DNA from: a virus
Lineage: Duplodnaviria > Caudoviricetes
IMG/VR virus record: IMGVR_UViG_3300027754_000037
Direction: 5' to 3' (one strand)
DNA length: 64,000 nucleotides
Shown: piece by piece, positions 33,568 through 44,600 of the stretch
Numbering within the stretch: position 1 is the stretch's first letter
Layout: the number at the start of each line of letters is the position of its first letter
Translations under genes and position numbers: made by a program
The notes under the pieces: generated by a model
What the model was told of the DNA's origin: nothing
The model's database searches: none
What the model saw: the letters and a program-made list of their open reading frames with translations, nothing else

Positions 33568-35038
33568 TTTGCTTGCTTCTTAAGTCATTCCAGCGGTTGG
33601 TCATCAAAGTGCGCTTAATGGCATCAAATTCGCCACCTACTGGGGTTCTGCCCATGAACTTGAGATAAAGAGGGTTGATCTTCCTTTTGCCGTCATCTTC
33701 GCTTTGATAGGGAGAAAGATCACCGCTGTCAAAACTGAGGAAGGTATCCACATCGGGATTGTGGGCCTTTGCCATCTGCATCCAATCCTTGATCTTGGAC
33801 CTAGTCAAACCGCTGTGGGTTTGAACCATATCATAAAACTGATCGGGATCAAACTTACCTTTCGACCATTGGAATAACTTAACCAAGTAAACCACATCGT
33901 TAGCTTCTTGTTTAGACCAACCGCCTTGCAATAGAATCTGACGAACATCGTCAGGATTGTTGTTGCGCATGGTCCAAGCAGCCGACATCCATCTGTCGTT
34001 CCTGAGTTCTTCCGGCAAGTCGTCTCCGCTAAATTCAATATTCGGGAAAATTAAATTCAACAAACCAGAATCTGAAGCTGTCTTCATATATTTTCTGGCA
34101 TCAGTATCTGGATTTTCTAAACCCTTGACAAACTCTGTCTTGGCACAGCCCGAGGGCAATTTCCAGTCTTTGTGAGCTTTGACGACACTCATATACTTGT
34201 CTGGAAGTGAATTGCCTTTTCCAAAACGATTGAAGTGGTTTAGCAAGCGAAATGCCGTCATGGGATCTTCCTTCATGCGATCACCAAACTTCTCTCCAAC
34301 AGCCTTGATCTCACCAGACTTCAAATGATTGGCACCGCCGAATGGATCAATCAGATCGCTGTTGGGACCATCTTCGTTGGTCAAGGGAATATACATGGAG
34401 TTGATGGTGAAGTCACGATTTGATGCATCTTCCTCGATGTTTGCTGCGCTCATGGCATCATCTGGTGTGAAGTTTTTGCTTTTGGGAGACTTAGAAAGTG
34501 TCGAAAGAATAAAGGGTTGGCCATTCACCTCAGCCGTAATCTCCATTTCCTTGCTTTTTTTGTCCCACTTGCTGGCATAGAAAACTTTGTTCTTATTGCC
34601 AGCAACAGGCAGGCTGGAATAATTCTTGATAGCTCCGTGGCTGGGTTTGACCTCTTTGAAACCATTTTGAGACAGAATCATTCTGATTTCGCTTGGTGTA
34701 GCATCTGTGACCAGATCATAGTTGTTGGGAGTTTTTCCCATGAGGTGGTCACGAACTGCACCTCCTGTCAAATACAGAGATTTCTTTTTGAGTTGAGGTT
34801 CAACTTCGCCTTTGTTTTTTTCAATCGTCGTGTAGCCAACAGTCACCTTGTTGGAATTTGTAAATGCCTTGACGACCTTGGCAAGATTGGCATGATTGGA
34901 CTTATCAATCATGAATGGCGTGAATTCCTTATCGCCACCTTCCTTCTTTTGGAGCTTGATTTTTGCGGTAACGCCTGTGACTGGCTCCGCTTCTTTTTCT
35001 TCTCTAAATTTCAAATAATCTGAGAAATAATGTGCCAT
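33560..35038 (-). CDS. Class II CCA-adding / poly(A) polymerase-like nucleotidyltransferase with degenerate motifs
   Basis: LYLTGGAVRDHLMG, PNNYD, EDASNRDFTINSM, DPFGG..HL, EDPMT. Confidence 0.8.
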   Translation of the reverse strand: MAHYFSDYLKFREEKEAEPVTGVTAKIKLQKKEGGDKEFTPFMIDKSNHANLAKVVKAFTNSNKVTVGYTTIEKNKGEVEPQLKKKSLYLTGGAVRDHLMGKTPNNYDLVTDATPSEIRMILSQNGFKEVKPSHGAIKNYSSLPVAGNKNKVFYASKWDKKSKEMEITAEVNGQPFILSTLSKSPKSKNFTPDDAMSAANIEEDASNRDFTINSMYIPLTNEDGPNSDLIDPFGGANHLKSGEIKAVGEKFGDRMKEDPMTAFRLLNHFNRFGKGNSLPDKYMSVVKAHKDWKLPSGCAKTEFVKGLENPDTDARKYMKTASDSGLLNLIFPNIEFSGDDLPEELRNDRWMSAAWTMRNNNPDDVRQILLQGGWSKQEANDVVYLVKLFQWSKGKFDPDQFYDMVQTHSGLTRSKIKDWMQMAKAHNPDVDTFLSFDSGDLSPYQSEDDGKRKINPLYLKFMGRTPVGGEFDAIKRTLMTNRWNDLRSKQNG

Positions 35039-35092
35039 GTGACATCCCTAGCTGTAAGATTGTAAATTATTTAGCCGTTTATCCTGTATTTT

Positions 35093-35401
35093 TCAATCAT
35101 TCGGAGGACTTTGTAAATTCAAGAAGTAAAGTATCGTGCCTCCTATTACCATCAAGGCAATTTTCCATAGACTATCGAAAATTCTGCCCCAAATACCATC
35201 GACAGCTTCTAATTTTTTTTGCATCACATCTAAACTATGTTTAATGTCCTTGATTTCATTATTAATAATGAGAATATCTTTGTCAATACTCTCGTTTTTT
35301 TCAGTATGATTTTCTAAAGACTTAACGATGGTTGTGATGCGTTCATCGTGCCTTGTCACTATGTCAGAAACATCTGAAGTTGTTTTCTTGGCTGGTGGCA
35401 T
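35093..35401 (-). CDS. coiled-coil protein with C-terminal TM (holin/XhlA-like topology)
   Basis: Heptad-rich middle, terminal WKIALMVIGGTILYFL. Confidence 0.45.
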   Translation of the reverse strand: MPPAKKTTSDVSDIVTRHDERITTIVKSLENHTEKNESIDKDILIINNEIKDIKHSLDVMQKKLEAVDGIWGRIFDSLWKIALMVIGGTILYFLNLQSPPND

Positions 35402-35441
35402 AATTTTCCATTTCTATTAACCCGACCCTATATATTTAGTG

Positions 35442-35951
35442 ATGAGTAATACAACAAAAATTGAAGAAAAAACAGAAGTTGTCATCATCGAAGAGTCCGA
35501 ATCTTCGTTTGAGCAACGAGTTGATTCCATGCTGCCAAAAATGAATGTGAGCATCCCAGAGAACTCAGGGCCACCGGCAGATGCTTTGATCAGCGACCAG
35601 CATTATTTAACGGTGTTGGACGAGATCATGAACAACATCCGTGACGACCGCAAGCAGGTTGATGATTTTTTGTCAACTTTCGCAAATATGGTCATAAATG
35701 ACGGCGATGCCACCACATCCAGCAAGGAGGCGATGGTCAATCTCGTGAAAACCAAGGTTGATCTTCAGGACAAGATGCTGAAGGCAGCGGACTTGATGAC
35801 AAGGCTGAAATTGAAAAACACTTATGCTTATTCTGGACCACATTTGAACGCCCTTCAGCAAAACAACATAAATATTGGTACGGATAACACAACTTTCAAT
35901 CGAAAAGAGCTTATTAGAGCCATCAATCAAGCGAAGAAGAAAAAGGATTAA
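35442..35951 (+). CDS. hypothetical helical protein
   Basis: 170-aa ORF heading a tightly packed + operon. Confidence 0.7.
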   Translation: MSNTTKIEEKTEVVIIEESESSFEQRVDSMLPKMNVSIPENSGPPADALISDQHYLTVLDEIMNNIRDDRKQVDDFLSTFANMVINDGDATTSSKEAMVNLVKTKVDLQDKMLKAADLMTRLKLKNTYAYSGPHLNALQQNNINIGTDNTTFNRKELIRAINQAKKKKD

Positions 35952-35953
35952 TT

Positions 35954-37276
35954 ATGTCAAGGCACGCACTCGAAGAATGGCTGGTAGAAGCAAGTGGCGA
36001 TGTTCCGGGCGGTCAATCTCCTATGGGACAGCCAGATTTCCCTCCTATGGGTGGTCCTCCTCCCGGCGACCCAAATGCCGCCAATCCTCCTGCTCCCAAT
36101 ATGGCTCCACCCGGTGCTGCACCCCAGCAGAATTCTCCAGATGCTGAGAAAAAAGCAGCAGAAATGCCCGATGTCAGCAAGGACCCCCAATCTCCCGACA
36201 TGCCCGAAAAAGCATCCGATCAGGATTTTGAAACTTGGAAAAACGAATTTTTCAAAGAAAGCGTCAAGGGAGATGTCGGCAAGCTAATCGAAATGGTCCA
36301 GCAAATTAGGGATGCGGAATTGGAAGCCTATCCCCGCAAATTCGTGGAAGATAACCTTCAAATTTGCTTTCTGCGCCAAAATGCCAACATTGAAAAGGCA
36401 GGAAAGGCTATTCGCAACAACATCAAGCAGAATCTCGACCAGAATAATCCCTCTGTTTCCCTTGTGAACCACCTACTAAGCGCTCTTCAAGTGACTCCAG
36501 AATTGAACAATGTATTCATCAAGCTGAAAGGTCTTCTGGGAATGAAGGGCGACCTTCACCGCAAGTACATGGCGAGCCTTCTTGGAGCAGTACAGGTCGG
36601 TACTGGTGGCAACAACGAAGACATCATTTATAACGAGCGTGATTATTCAATTCGCATTTCGACCCGCTTCAATGATAAGTGGGGAAGAGTCGATATCGGT
36701 AAATGGAGCCTAAAAGAAGACGATCCCGAGCGTTATCTCACCGAGCCTGAGCAAAAGAGAATGGAAGAAGGCAGTCCTGAGGAGAAAGATGTTCTTCGAC
36801 GCAGAGTGGTGATGGAGTCGATTGCCGAGGGTTTCAAGAAAAGAAGCTTTATGATTCATGTTGTAGGACAGGATGGTACTGTTGCCACACTTGGTTGGGA
36901 TTTATCTGGTAGCTTGAAGAGTGCTTATACCTCAGGAAAGCTGGTTGTAAAAACAATTCAGAGTGATAATTCCGAAGCCATGATTGATGATGACGGCGAA
37001 ATCATCCCTTACATGGACATCAAGATCAAATATGTGAAAGATGCCGATGGTGGCGTTGACGAAGATGGCAAGCCAGCCAAGGAAGATCATGATTTCATGG
37101 AGCGGATTGACGGAATGCTATTCCTGACCGCTCAATACAAAATTCTGAAGGAAGCTGCTTCAAGCTTCAGCGGTATTGTCCTGAAGGAAACGCCCTATAC
37201 CGGCAATCCGAGCGACCTGAAGACCATCATGCGCTGTGTTCCAAGTGCTCCTGAGCTTTTAATGAGGAATTGCTGA
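35954..37276 (+). CDS. hypothetical protein with Pro/Gly-rich N-terminus
   Basis: MSRHALEEWLVE followed by a PGG/PPP low-complexity tract. Confidence 0.75.
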   Translation: MSRHALEEWLVEASGDVPGGQSPMGQPDFPPMGGPPPGDPNAANPPAPNMAPPGAAPQQNSPDAEKKAAEMPDVSKDPQSPDMPEKASDQDFETWKNEFFKESVKGDVGKLIEMVQQIRDAELEAYPRKFVEDNLQICFLRQNANIEKAGKAIRNNIKQNLDQNNPSVSLVNHLLSALQVTPELNNVFIKLKGLLGMKGDLHRKYMASLLGAVQVGTGGNNEDIIYNERDYSIRISTRFNDKWGRVDIGKWSLKEDDPERYLTEPEQKRMEEGSPEEKDVLRRRVVMESIAEGFKKRSFMIHVVGQDGTVATLGWDLSGSLKSAYTSGKLVVKTIQSDNSEAMIDDDGEIIPYMDIKIKYVKDADGGVDEDGKPAKEDHDFMERIDGMLFLTAQYKILKEAASSFSGIVLKETPYTGNPSDLKTIMRCVPSAPELLMRNC

Positions 37277-37277
37277 T

Positions 37278-37754
37278 ATGCGACAATTTTTAGAATTCGT
37301 AGACCGCAAACAGCGTGAGACCAAACGACAATTGAAATTGGTCGAGAAGGCTTTGCGTAAAGGCAACTTCCATGTTTACTCCCATCTTGAAGATGATGAT
37401 CCTTATCTTTTCGTGAGGAGCCCTTCAAAAAAGCTTAGCTTTGAAGGAATCCGTGTTTACACGATTGGAGATCAAGTTGCCTATCGTGTTCAAAAAATGG
37501 AAAAAACCGAGCCTTATGGCAAATCTTATTCCTTGAATATCGAAGACATGTTCAATGACTACATGGGAGAGGACATGGACGAGGAAGAGGCTGGGAAAAA
37601 GGTTGTTGAGAGCATGGTCTCTGAATTGAAGAAGTTTTTTAGCAAGAGCGAGGAAGCTGAAGAGGAAATGAGATCGAAGACCGGAGATGGAGTTGGTCTG
37701 ATTGTTAAGACTGGCGGCAGCGATTACAGCAGTACGGTACTAAATAGGTTGTAA
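37278..37754 (+). CDS. hypothetical protein
   Basis: MRQFLEFVDRKQRE; operon packing. Confidence 0.7.
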   Translation: MRQFLEFVDRKQRETKRQLKLVEKALRKGNFHVYSHLEDDDPYLFVRSPSKKLSFEGIRVYTIGDQVAYRVQKMEKTEPYGKSYSLNIEDMFNDYMGEDMDEEEAGKKVVESMVSELKKFFSKSEEAEEEMRSKTGDGVGLIVKTGGSDYSSTVLNRL

Positions 37755-37762
37755 GGAGGACC

Positions 37763-37948
37763 ATGAGCGAAGAGCAACAGAAGAGTGATTCAGAGCTTTT
37801 GGCTGTTATTTTGGCTATCTTTTTGCCTCCACTTGGAGTTTTTCTCAAGAGAGGTTTGGACGCACAGTTCGTTATCAACATTTTATTGACTTTGTTTGGA
37901 TGGTTGCCGGGTATTATTCACGCACTTTATGTTATTCTGAAAAAGTAA
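37763..37948 (+). CDS. YqaE/Pmp3-family membrane protein
   Basis: ILAIFLPPLGVFL...INILLTLFGWLPGIIHALYVI; AAGGAGG RBS. Confidence 0.9.
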   Translation: MSEEQQKSDSELLAVILAIFLPPLGVFLKRGLDAQFVINILLTLFGWLPGIIHALYVILKK

Positions 37949-37970
37949 TAAGGCCGGTTGCAACAAACAT

Positions 37971-38000
37971 AAAAAAGTCCCGTTTCGACGGGGCTTTTTT
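37971..38000. terminator. Rho-independent terminator
   Basis: GTCCCGT-TTCG-ACGGGGC stem flanked by A- and T-runs. Confidence 0.7.
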
Positions 38001-38024
38001 GTTTTATGGTCCTGTAGATAAGGT

Positions 38025-38540
38025 ATGGCAGTACCATTTGTCGATGCTGTGATTCCCGGCGGTCTTCTCAATACCACGAGTACGAGTTCTGCGATCAATC
38101 GTGGAAGTTTAGTTACATTCAATTATCTTTTTCATAAACCGGGACACGATCCTGCTCCGATGGTTTTAATCACAGACATTTGGCCACAGTATATTCGTGG
38201 GATTAATTTACACTATTTAACTTTTCCTGTGATTAAAAAACTTGCTTTTCCTTCACCGGGGAGAAGCGTGTGTGACAGCCCAATTTTTACCTATCAATAT
38301 ATAAAAGGCAACAACTATATAGTTTCATCTTTCCGTCAGTATAAACGCAACGGAATCGAGCGTCTGAAGAAGCTGGATTGTGCGTTTATAGTGAATGCTC
38401 TCGCCGTATCTCGGTCATTTGACCCCAACGAGATAGAAGCGATTCGCAAGTCTGTGCGAGAGCAAATTCGTCGCATGGTTAACCAACCAGCAGCACCCAC
38501 AGGCGAAATGACATTTGGACAGGCTCCACCAACAACATAA
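38025..38540 (+). CDS. T4 gp2-like DNA end-protector protein
   Basis: LVTFNY...DPAPMVLI...RGINLHYL...FRQYK. Confidence 0.6.
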   Translation: MAVPFVDAVIPGGLLNTTSTSSAINRGSLVTFNYLFHKPGHDPAPMVLITDIWPQYIRGINLHYLTFPVIKKLAFPSPGRSVCDSPIFTYQYIKGNNYIVSSFRQYKRNGIERLKKLDCAFIVNALAVSRSFDPNEIEAIRKSVREQIRRMVNQPAAPTGEMTFGQAPPTT

Positions 38541-38609
38541 TTGTCGATAGGAGTCCTAAATATGTCAACTAATTTCTCATATAAAAATAAGTCGAAATCA
38601 TAGGATATC

Positions 38610-41600
38610 ATGGCAGACAATGTAGGTCGTAGCATAGACGCACTAAATTTGACAATAGGTCAATTAAAAGACTTGTTAAATACGAAGTGTAGCACTCCCA
38701 CGCCTATGGGTGGAGGCAGTTCTGGAAGTTTAGGAGAATTAGCTCAAGTTCTAGAGAAATTTACCAAAGATTTTAAAAAGGAAATGGAAGATCAAACCAA
38801 ACATCTAAAAGATGTCTTGGGCGCAAAATCAAGCGTAGATGGTAAAAGGGCCGCAAATAAGAAAACAAAACCAGTTGCTGACAATGCTGACTCTCTCGGA
38901 TCAGATGATTACTTGGATGATGTTAGTGACAATTACAAATTCATGAATGCACTCGAGTCATCTTTACAAAAGAACAAATTAAAGTTTGATAGGCAGTATT
39001 TGGCCACAGCGACCCAAAATATACGCACAAGACATACTGAACTCAGCCATTTAGACGAAAAAGCATTCTTGGCAAAATTAGAAAGTGAAACCTACTATAA
39101 AAAAGCTCTTGCAGATGAAACCTTAGCTCTGAAACAAAATATTAGTGCTGCACGCCAGCTTCGTGATCAGTTTAGCGAAATTCAAAGTATGTTGGGTTCC
39201 TTTGAGCAAAGTCTTGGACTCAAGACCACAGAGACTTTGTTTGGTGGAATAGTTGAACAAGAAATGAAGTTCACTCAGGAAATTCGTGCCACAGCATACG
39301 AGACAGCAGGTGCTACCAAGGAAGCTCGTGGACTTCAAAGAGCATTCGAGGATATTGGCAAGTCTGTAGCACAGACTGGTGTCAACAGAACTGAATTCCA
39401 AAAATCTTATCAGCAAGCTCTGCGAAGCGGTGTCAAAGACCTTAAGCAGGCAGGCAATCTCACCACAGCGCAACTGAATACCGAAAAACAGTTGGGGATG
39501 GAAGCAGGTTCTTTGCAAGACACATTCCAAGATTTGGCGATGTCTGGTCGCATGAATTCTGGACAGATAGCCGACATGGGTCGTGGCATGAGAGATGTAG
39601 CCAAAGCTACAGGCTTAACAGGCGAAGCTCTTAGAGGGGCTATCGACAGCAGTAAAGAGTTAATTCGTGATTTAAGAAACGCATCACAGTTGACGGCAGC
39701 TTCTGCCAAGAATGTCATCGAAATTTCGGCAAATGCCAAAAAACTTGGAGTTGAATCAGAGGTCAATAATTTGATGAAAGGTTTGGTTTCATCGAATAAT
39801 CTTATCCTTGATGCCTCGAACGAAACAAGAACATTGATTCTTCAAGCTGCCAGCAAAGTAGGCAGAGTTGAAGATGCTATGAATGGCACAATAACAAGAT
39901 CAAAGGAAGGCATCAAAGACTTGGCCAAGGGTATGGAGAAAATCCTTAAAGATTTTGGAGTCAATGGTGTTGAAGAAATCGACAATCTTTCAGACACAGC
40001 AAAAAGAGATTTAAATCTTAGAATCAAAGCTGTTTATGGTATGGAGCTTGGACAATTTAGATCAACTCTTGAAAGTATGAAGGAAAGCGGTAAGGGTCTG
40101 GGAGACAGACTGGAAGACATCAATAAAAAACTGCAACAAAATGCAACAACTGAAGAAAAAAAGGTATTGATGGAGCAGCAACGCCAGTTGAAAACATCCA
40201 AGCAATTAGAGGTTTTGACTGCGTTAGATGAAGCTGCCAAGGGTGCTAAGGACATGGGTCAAGCCCTGTCTAAATTTGGAGATCGCAAAAAAGACTTTGA
40301 AAAAGACATGCAAGCCTTGGGCACTTCTTGGACAAGCGAAACCCAAGTTGCTAGAGATGCGATCAAGGGATCTTTGGAAAGCGTTAATGAAGGTCTCAAG
40401 AAAGCTGGCAAGGAAGAGATCAAGATCAGCAGCGACGAAATTGAAAAAGCCATCAAAGACCCGACTGCTCTGCGTGAATTGACTGCCAAGATCACAAAGG
40501 GTGAACAACAGTTGGCAACAGCGCAAAAAGCACAACTTGATCCTGTCACAGAAACAAATCAGAAGCTGACTGAGATTAATGACACTTTGAGAAATATGTC
40601 TCAAAATGTTATCTCTAAACTGTTCAATAGTTTCTTGGGCAAAATAATCATGATAGGAGGTGTTCTTTCTGGTATCGGAGCGGCAGTTATAGGTCTTGGA
40701 GTGACTGGAAAAAATGCTTATGACACGCTCGGTAAGTTAATAAAGGGTGGGCAAGATTTATACGGAGGCAAGCAAGAAAGCTTCGTAAGTAATATCAAAA
40801 AGTATTTTGGAATAGGTGGCAAGAAGAATGCTACTCCTGAAGGTGGAGCGTCTTCTCCAACGGAGGCAGCAGCAGCAGCGGCAGCAGCGGCAGCAGCAAC
40901 AGCGCCTAAGGAAACAGCACCTAAGTCAGCAGAAGCGGTCACCAAGGCTACGACAGAGGGAAAGGGAGGAAGATATGTAAAAATTCTGGAAGAGTCTCTG
41001 AAAGAGCTTAATTCTATTTCAAACACTATGTCGCAATCAAGTCTCTTCCTTCAAAAAATATCAGAATGCATTTGCAGACCCAGAAAAGCAGCGGCAGCGG
41101 GCACCCCACCCGGTGCTGGAGGAACTAGTGCTGATTCTGCTGCTCGAGTAGCCCTCCAGAGAGAACAAAAAACCAATGTCAAAACGGATGCCAAACTCAA
41201 CGAAAAGCAGTTAAAAGAGCAAAATAAAGAAATTAAAAGAGGAAAAAGAGAAGACATAATTCAGAGAGCGGAGACAAAGGGAGCCAAAGCTGCTGCTAAA
41301 GAAAGCAAGGGAGGAAAAGTAGATTGTCCTCCAACAGCAGAAGCAGGTTGTTTAGAACCCAGCGTGATGGAAAATATGGGAGCAGAGATGAAAAAGGCCG
41401 CTCCTGCTATTCTCATGTTTGCTGCTGGAGCACTTTTGTTGGGTATTGCGCTGATGTGGCTTGCCAACAAGTTGCTTGCGGCCTTGAATCTTGATGCTGC
41501 AAAAATTGCAGAGACTGCCGAGTCGTTAATTGTGATTGTCGGAGTAACGGCAGCTATCGCCGCTGCTGCTTATGCAGCGGGCAAAGTCTTGATGTCTGAA

Positions 41601-44600
41601 GAGATGCAAGATTTTGTTAAATCTTACAAAGAAGACAAAGCAAAAATCATAGAGGCAGCTAAGGTTTTGATGATAATGGGTCCTGCCCTACTTTTGTTGG
41701 GTGCTGGATTGGTAGCTTTTGCAGGCTACTTGATTAAGACTCTTGGCATCGACATGAGTATGGGCATCGAAATTGCCGGGGGAGTAGTGGTCATAGCCGG
41801 TGTAACTGCCGGAATTGCAATTGCAGTAAAAGAATTCGTAGAAGCTTATGAAGAATTGTCCGCAAATGCCACATGGCAAAAAATACTTAACAATAAAAAG
41901 AAAATAGCAATGGAAATTGCTAAAGGAGCTTTAGCCCTTATAGTGCTTGGCGCAGTAATTTTGACAGTAGCAATAGCAGTAGTCAAATTTGCAGATTTAC
42001 TCATGGGAGCATTCGGAATAAGCCCGCAAAAGGCTGCTGAAGTGGCAACAGGCGTGGCTGCACTTCTACTTGCAACTGGCGTAATCGCCTTAGGTGTTTA
42101 TGCCGGATATCGTGGTCTGCAATTATTGTCAACTTTAGGAGCGGAAATATACGCAAGTTTTGGTGCTAGTTTAGCTGCTGTTGGATTAGGCGCATATGCC
42201 TTGCTAATTTTGGGGCCGATTATTTTAGGTGTAGCAGTTGCAGTCACTAAATTTTGCCAGCTTCTTTTGGGAGCATTTGGGCTTGATGCAGCTACAGCCA
42301 CCAAAGTTGCTTATGATGTTGGCGCTCTTCTTTTGGCTACTGGCATAATAGCTGCTGGAATACTTGCTGCTACATATGGACTAAAATATCTTTCGACTTT
42401 GTACAAAGAATTGAGCGACATTATCAAGAAAATGTTAAAGGGAGCCTTTGTGCTCTTTGCTTTGGGAGCGCCAGTCTTGTTGTTGGCTGCTGCTGTAATT
42501 GGAATTACAAAATTATTCTTAGCACTTACTGGGCTCGATTCAGCTAAAACTGCTAAAGCAGCAGAAGATTTGGCAACTCTTTTGGTTTCTGCTGGTATGA
42601 TTGCATTAGCTGTTATAGGCGCATCTTATGGCATTTCATATTTGGGTGCAAATGCAGGCGCATTAATGGCTTTGATTTGGCCAATGTTTGTAGGCGCAGG
42701 AGTATTGATTTTATTGTCGCTTGCGGTCGGAGTTCTGGCGGCAGCAATTAACTATATGGCTTCTGCAATTATCAAAGGTACAAATCCTAAGAAGGCAGCA
42801 GAAACATCAGAAGCGCTTGGTAGTCTGTTGACATCCTCTGGCAAAATCGCTCTGGCTATAATTGGAGCTTCTGCTTCTTCTGCATTACTTGCCGGGATGC
42901 TTCTTTATGTGCCTTATTTAATAGTTGCTATGTTTGTGGCTGCTGTAGTTCTCGCCCTTTTGTCAGTTGCATTAACTGCTTTCGTCAGATCAGTAATTGG
43001 AATTGCAGACCAGATGATGCTGCTTGGCAGTCCTAAAGCTTTAAGCAAGAAAGCAGAAACTGTTGCAGGAATTCTGAAAGCAGCGGGTGATGTTGCGCAA
43101 AATATCATGGATGCCAAAGACAAAGTTAAAGCTCTATACGAGTCCGTTTCATATTGGGATTATTTTTTTGGCATTAGGCGACCTTTGATTAAAGGCACAA
43201 AAGTTCTTGAAGAAATCAAATGGCCACTAGTTCTTTTTGCAATCGAAATGATGAACTTCCATTGGCTTTTGACTCGTTTTGTGAGTGCGCCCAAAGCCAT
43301 AGCTGCTGGCAAACAAGTTGCCGCTATTTTAGGAGCTATGGGCGATGTAGCGCAAAATATGGTAAAGACTAAAGATGCTGTTGCTGCTCTTGCGCCTTCT
43401 TATTTAGGTTCCTGTTGGCCTAAAATGCTTACTTTTGCGCCAACTATGGAAGATGGTGTCAAGGCTCTTGAAACTATCAAACAACCTCTGATTGATTTTG
43501 TCATTTCGATGATAGATTTCCACACGAATCTACTCAGTCAAACTGGGAGTAGCGCACCCAAGATAATAGCAGCAGGAAGACAGGTTGCCCAAATATTCAA
43601 AGCAACTGGTGAAATAGCTGAAGGCATAATGAAAACCAAAGATGCTGTTGCTGCTCTTGCGCCTTCTAAATTAGGTGCCCATTGGCCTGCATGTCTTACT
43701 TTGACACCAACTTTGGCAGATGGAACAGAAGCTCTAAAAACTATGGAAGAACCTCTGATTGATTTTATCAAAGAAGTCAAGGTATTTGCAGACAAGCTTG
43801 AGGGTGTGGTAAATCCAGCAGAAGTGAAGAAATATAGTGGCATCATTAGAAATGCCACAAGCCTTATTTCTCAAGTTGTCAGAATGCTTGATATCTTGTC
43901 TAAGAAGTTGGTCCCCTTGACTACCGGTGGGTGGTTTTCAGAATCTCCTATTAAACAAATAGGAAATGCTACCGTAGAAATATCAGCTTGGTTTGGAACC
44001 ATAGCCGTGCTTTTGAAAACTGGAATCATCGAGCCAATCAAAGAAAATTTCCCAGCCGAGGAGGAGCTCAAGATAGTGACGGGAAAACTTAACAACATGG
44101 TTAAAGTTTTGGACGCTCTGCCTCCGGTTTTGGACAAATTAGGCAGTCTTGTGGGTCAATATGCTGTTGGTGGATGGTTTACTGTCTCTCCCATAGCAGC
44201 CATAGGCAAATTTACTGATATTTTCGCTAAATGGTTTACATCCATAGCAATGATGTTGAGAACGGGAATTGTCAATCCAGTTATGGATTACTTCCCCGGA
44301 GAAGATGAAATTGAAGATGCGGCTCTTAGATTGGACGGGATGGTCACTATTTTAAATAAAATACCTCCTGTTCTTGATACTTTGGGTGATTTGCTGAACA
44401 CCTATACAGCCGGAAACTGGTTTGAACTTTCGCCCATCGGATCTTTGATGGTTCTTGGAATCAGATTTGGAGGTTGGTTCAACGGTGTTGGAATGATGTT
44501 AAGGGATGGCGTAATTAATCCTGTCCTCAAATACTTCCCCGCTGAAGACGAAGTCACAGAGATAGTCAGCAGACTTGAAGGAATGGTGGTTGTTCTCAAC

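Noticed and set aside
38540-38610. Programmed frameshift tail-chaperone pair upstream of the TMP
   Set aside because: The upstream gene is gp2-like, and no overlapping ORF pair with a slippery site was seen.
43300-44560. Internal repeats in the tape measure as DGR template/variable repeats
   Set aside because: They are in-frame protein repeats without adenine-specific mismatches, and no reverse transcriptase is in the window.
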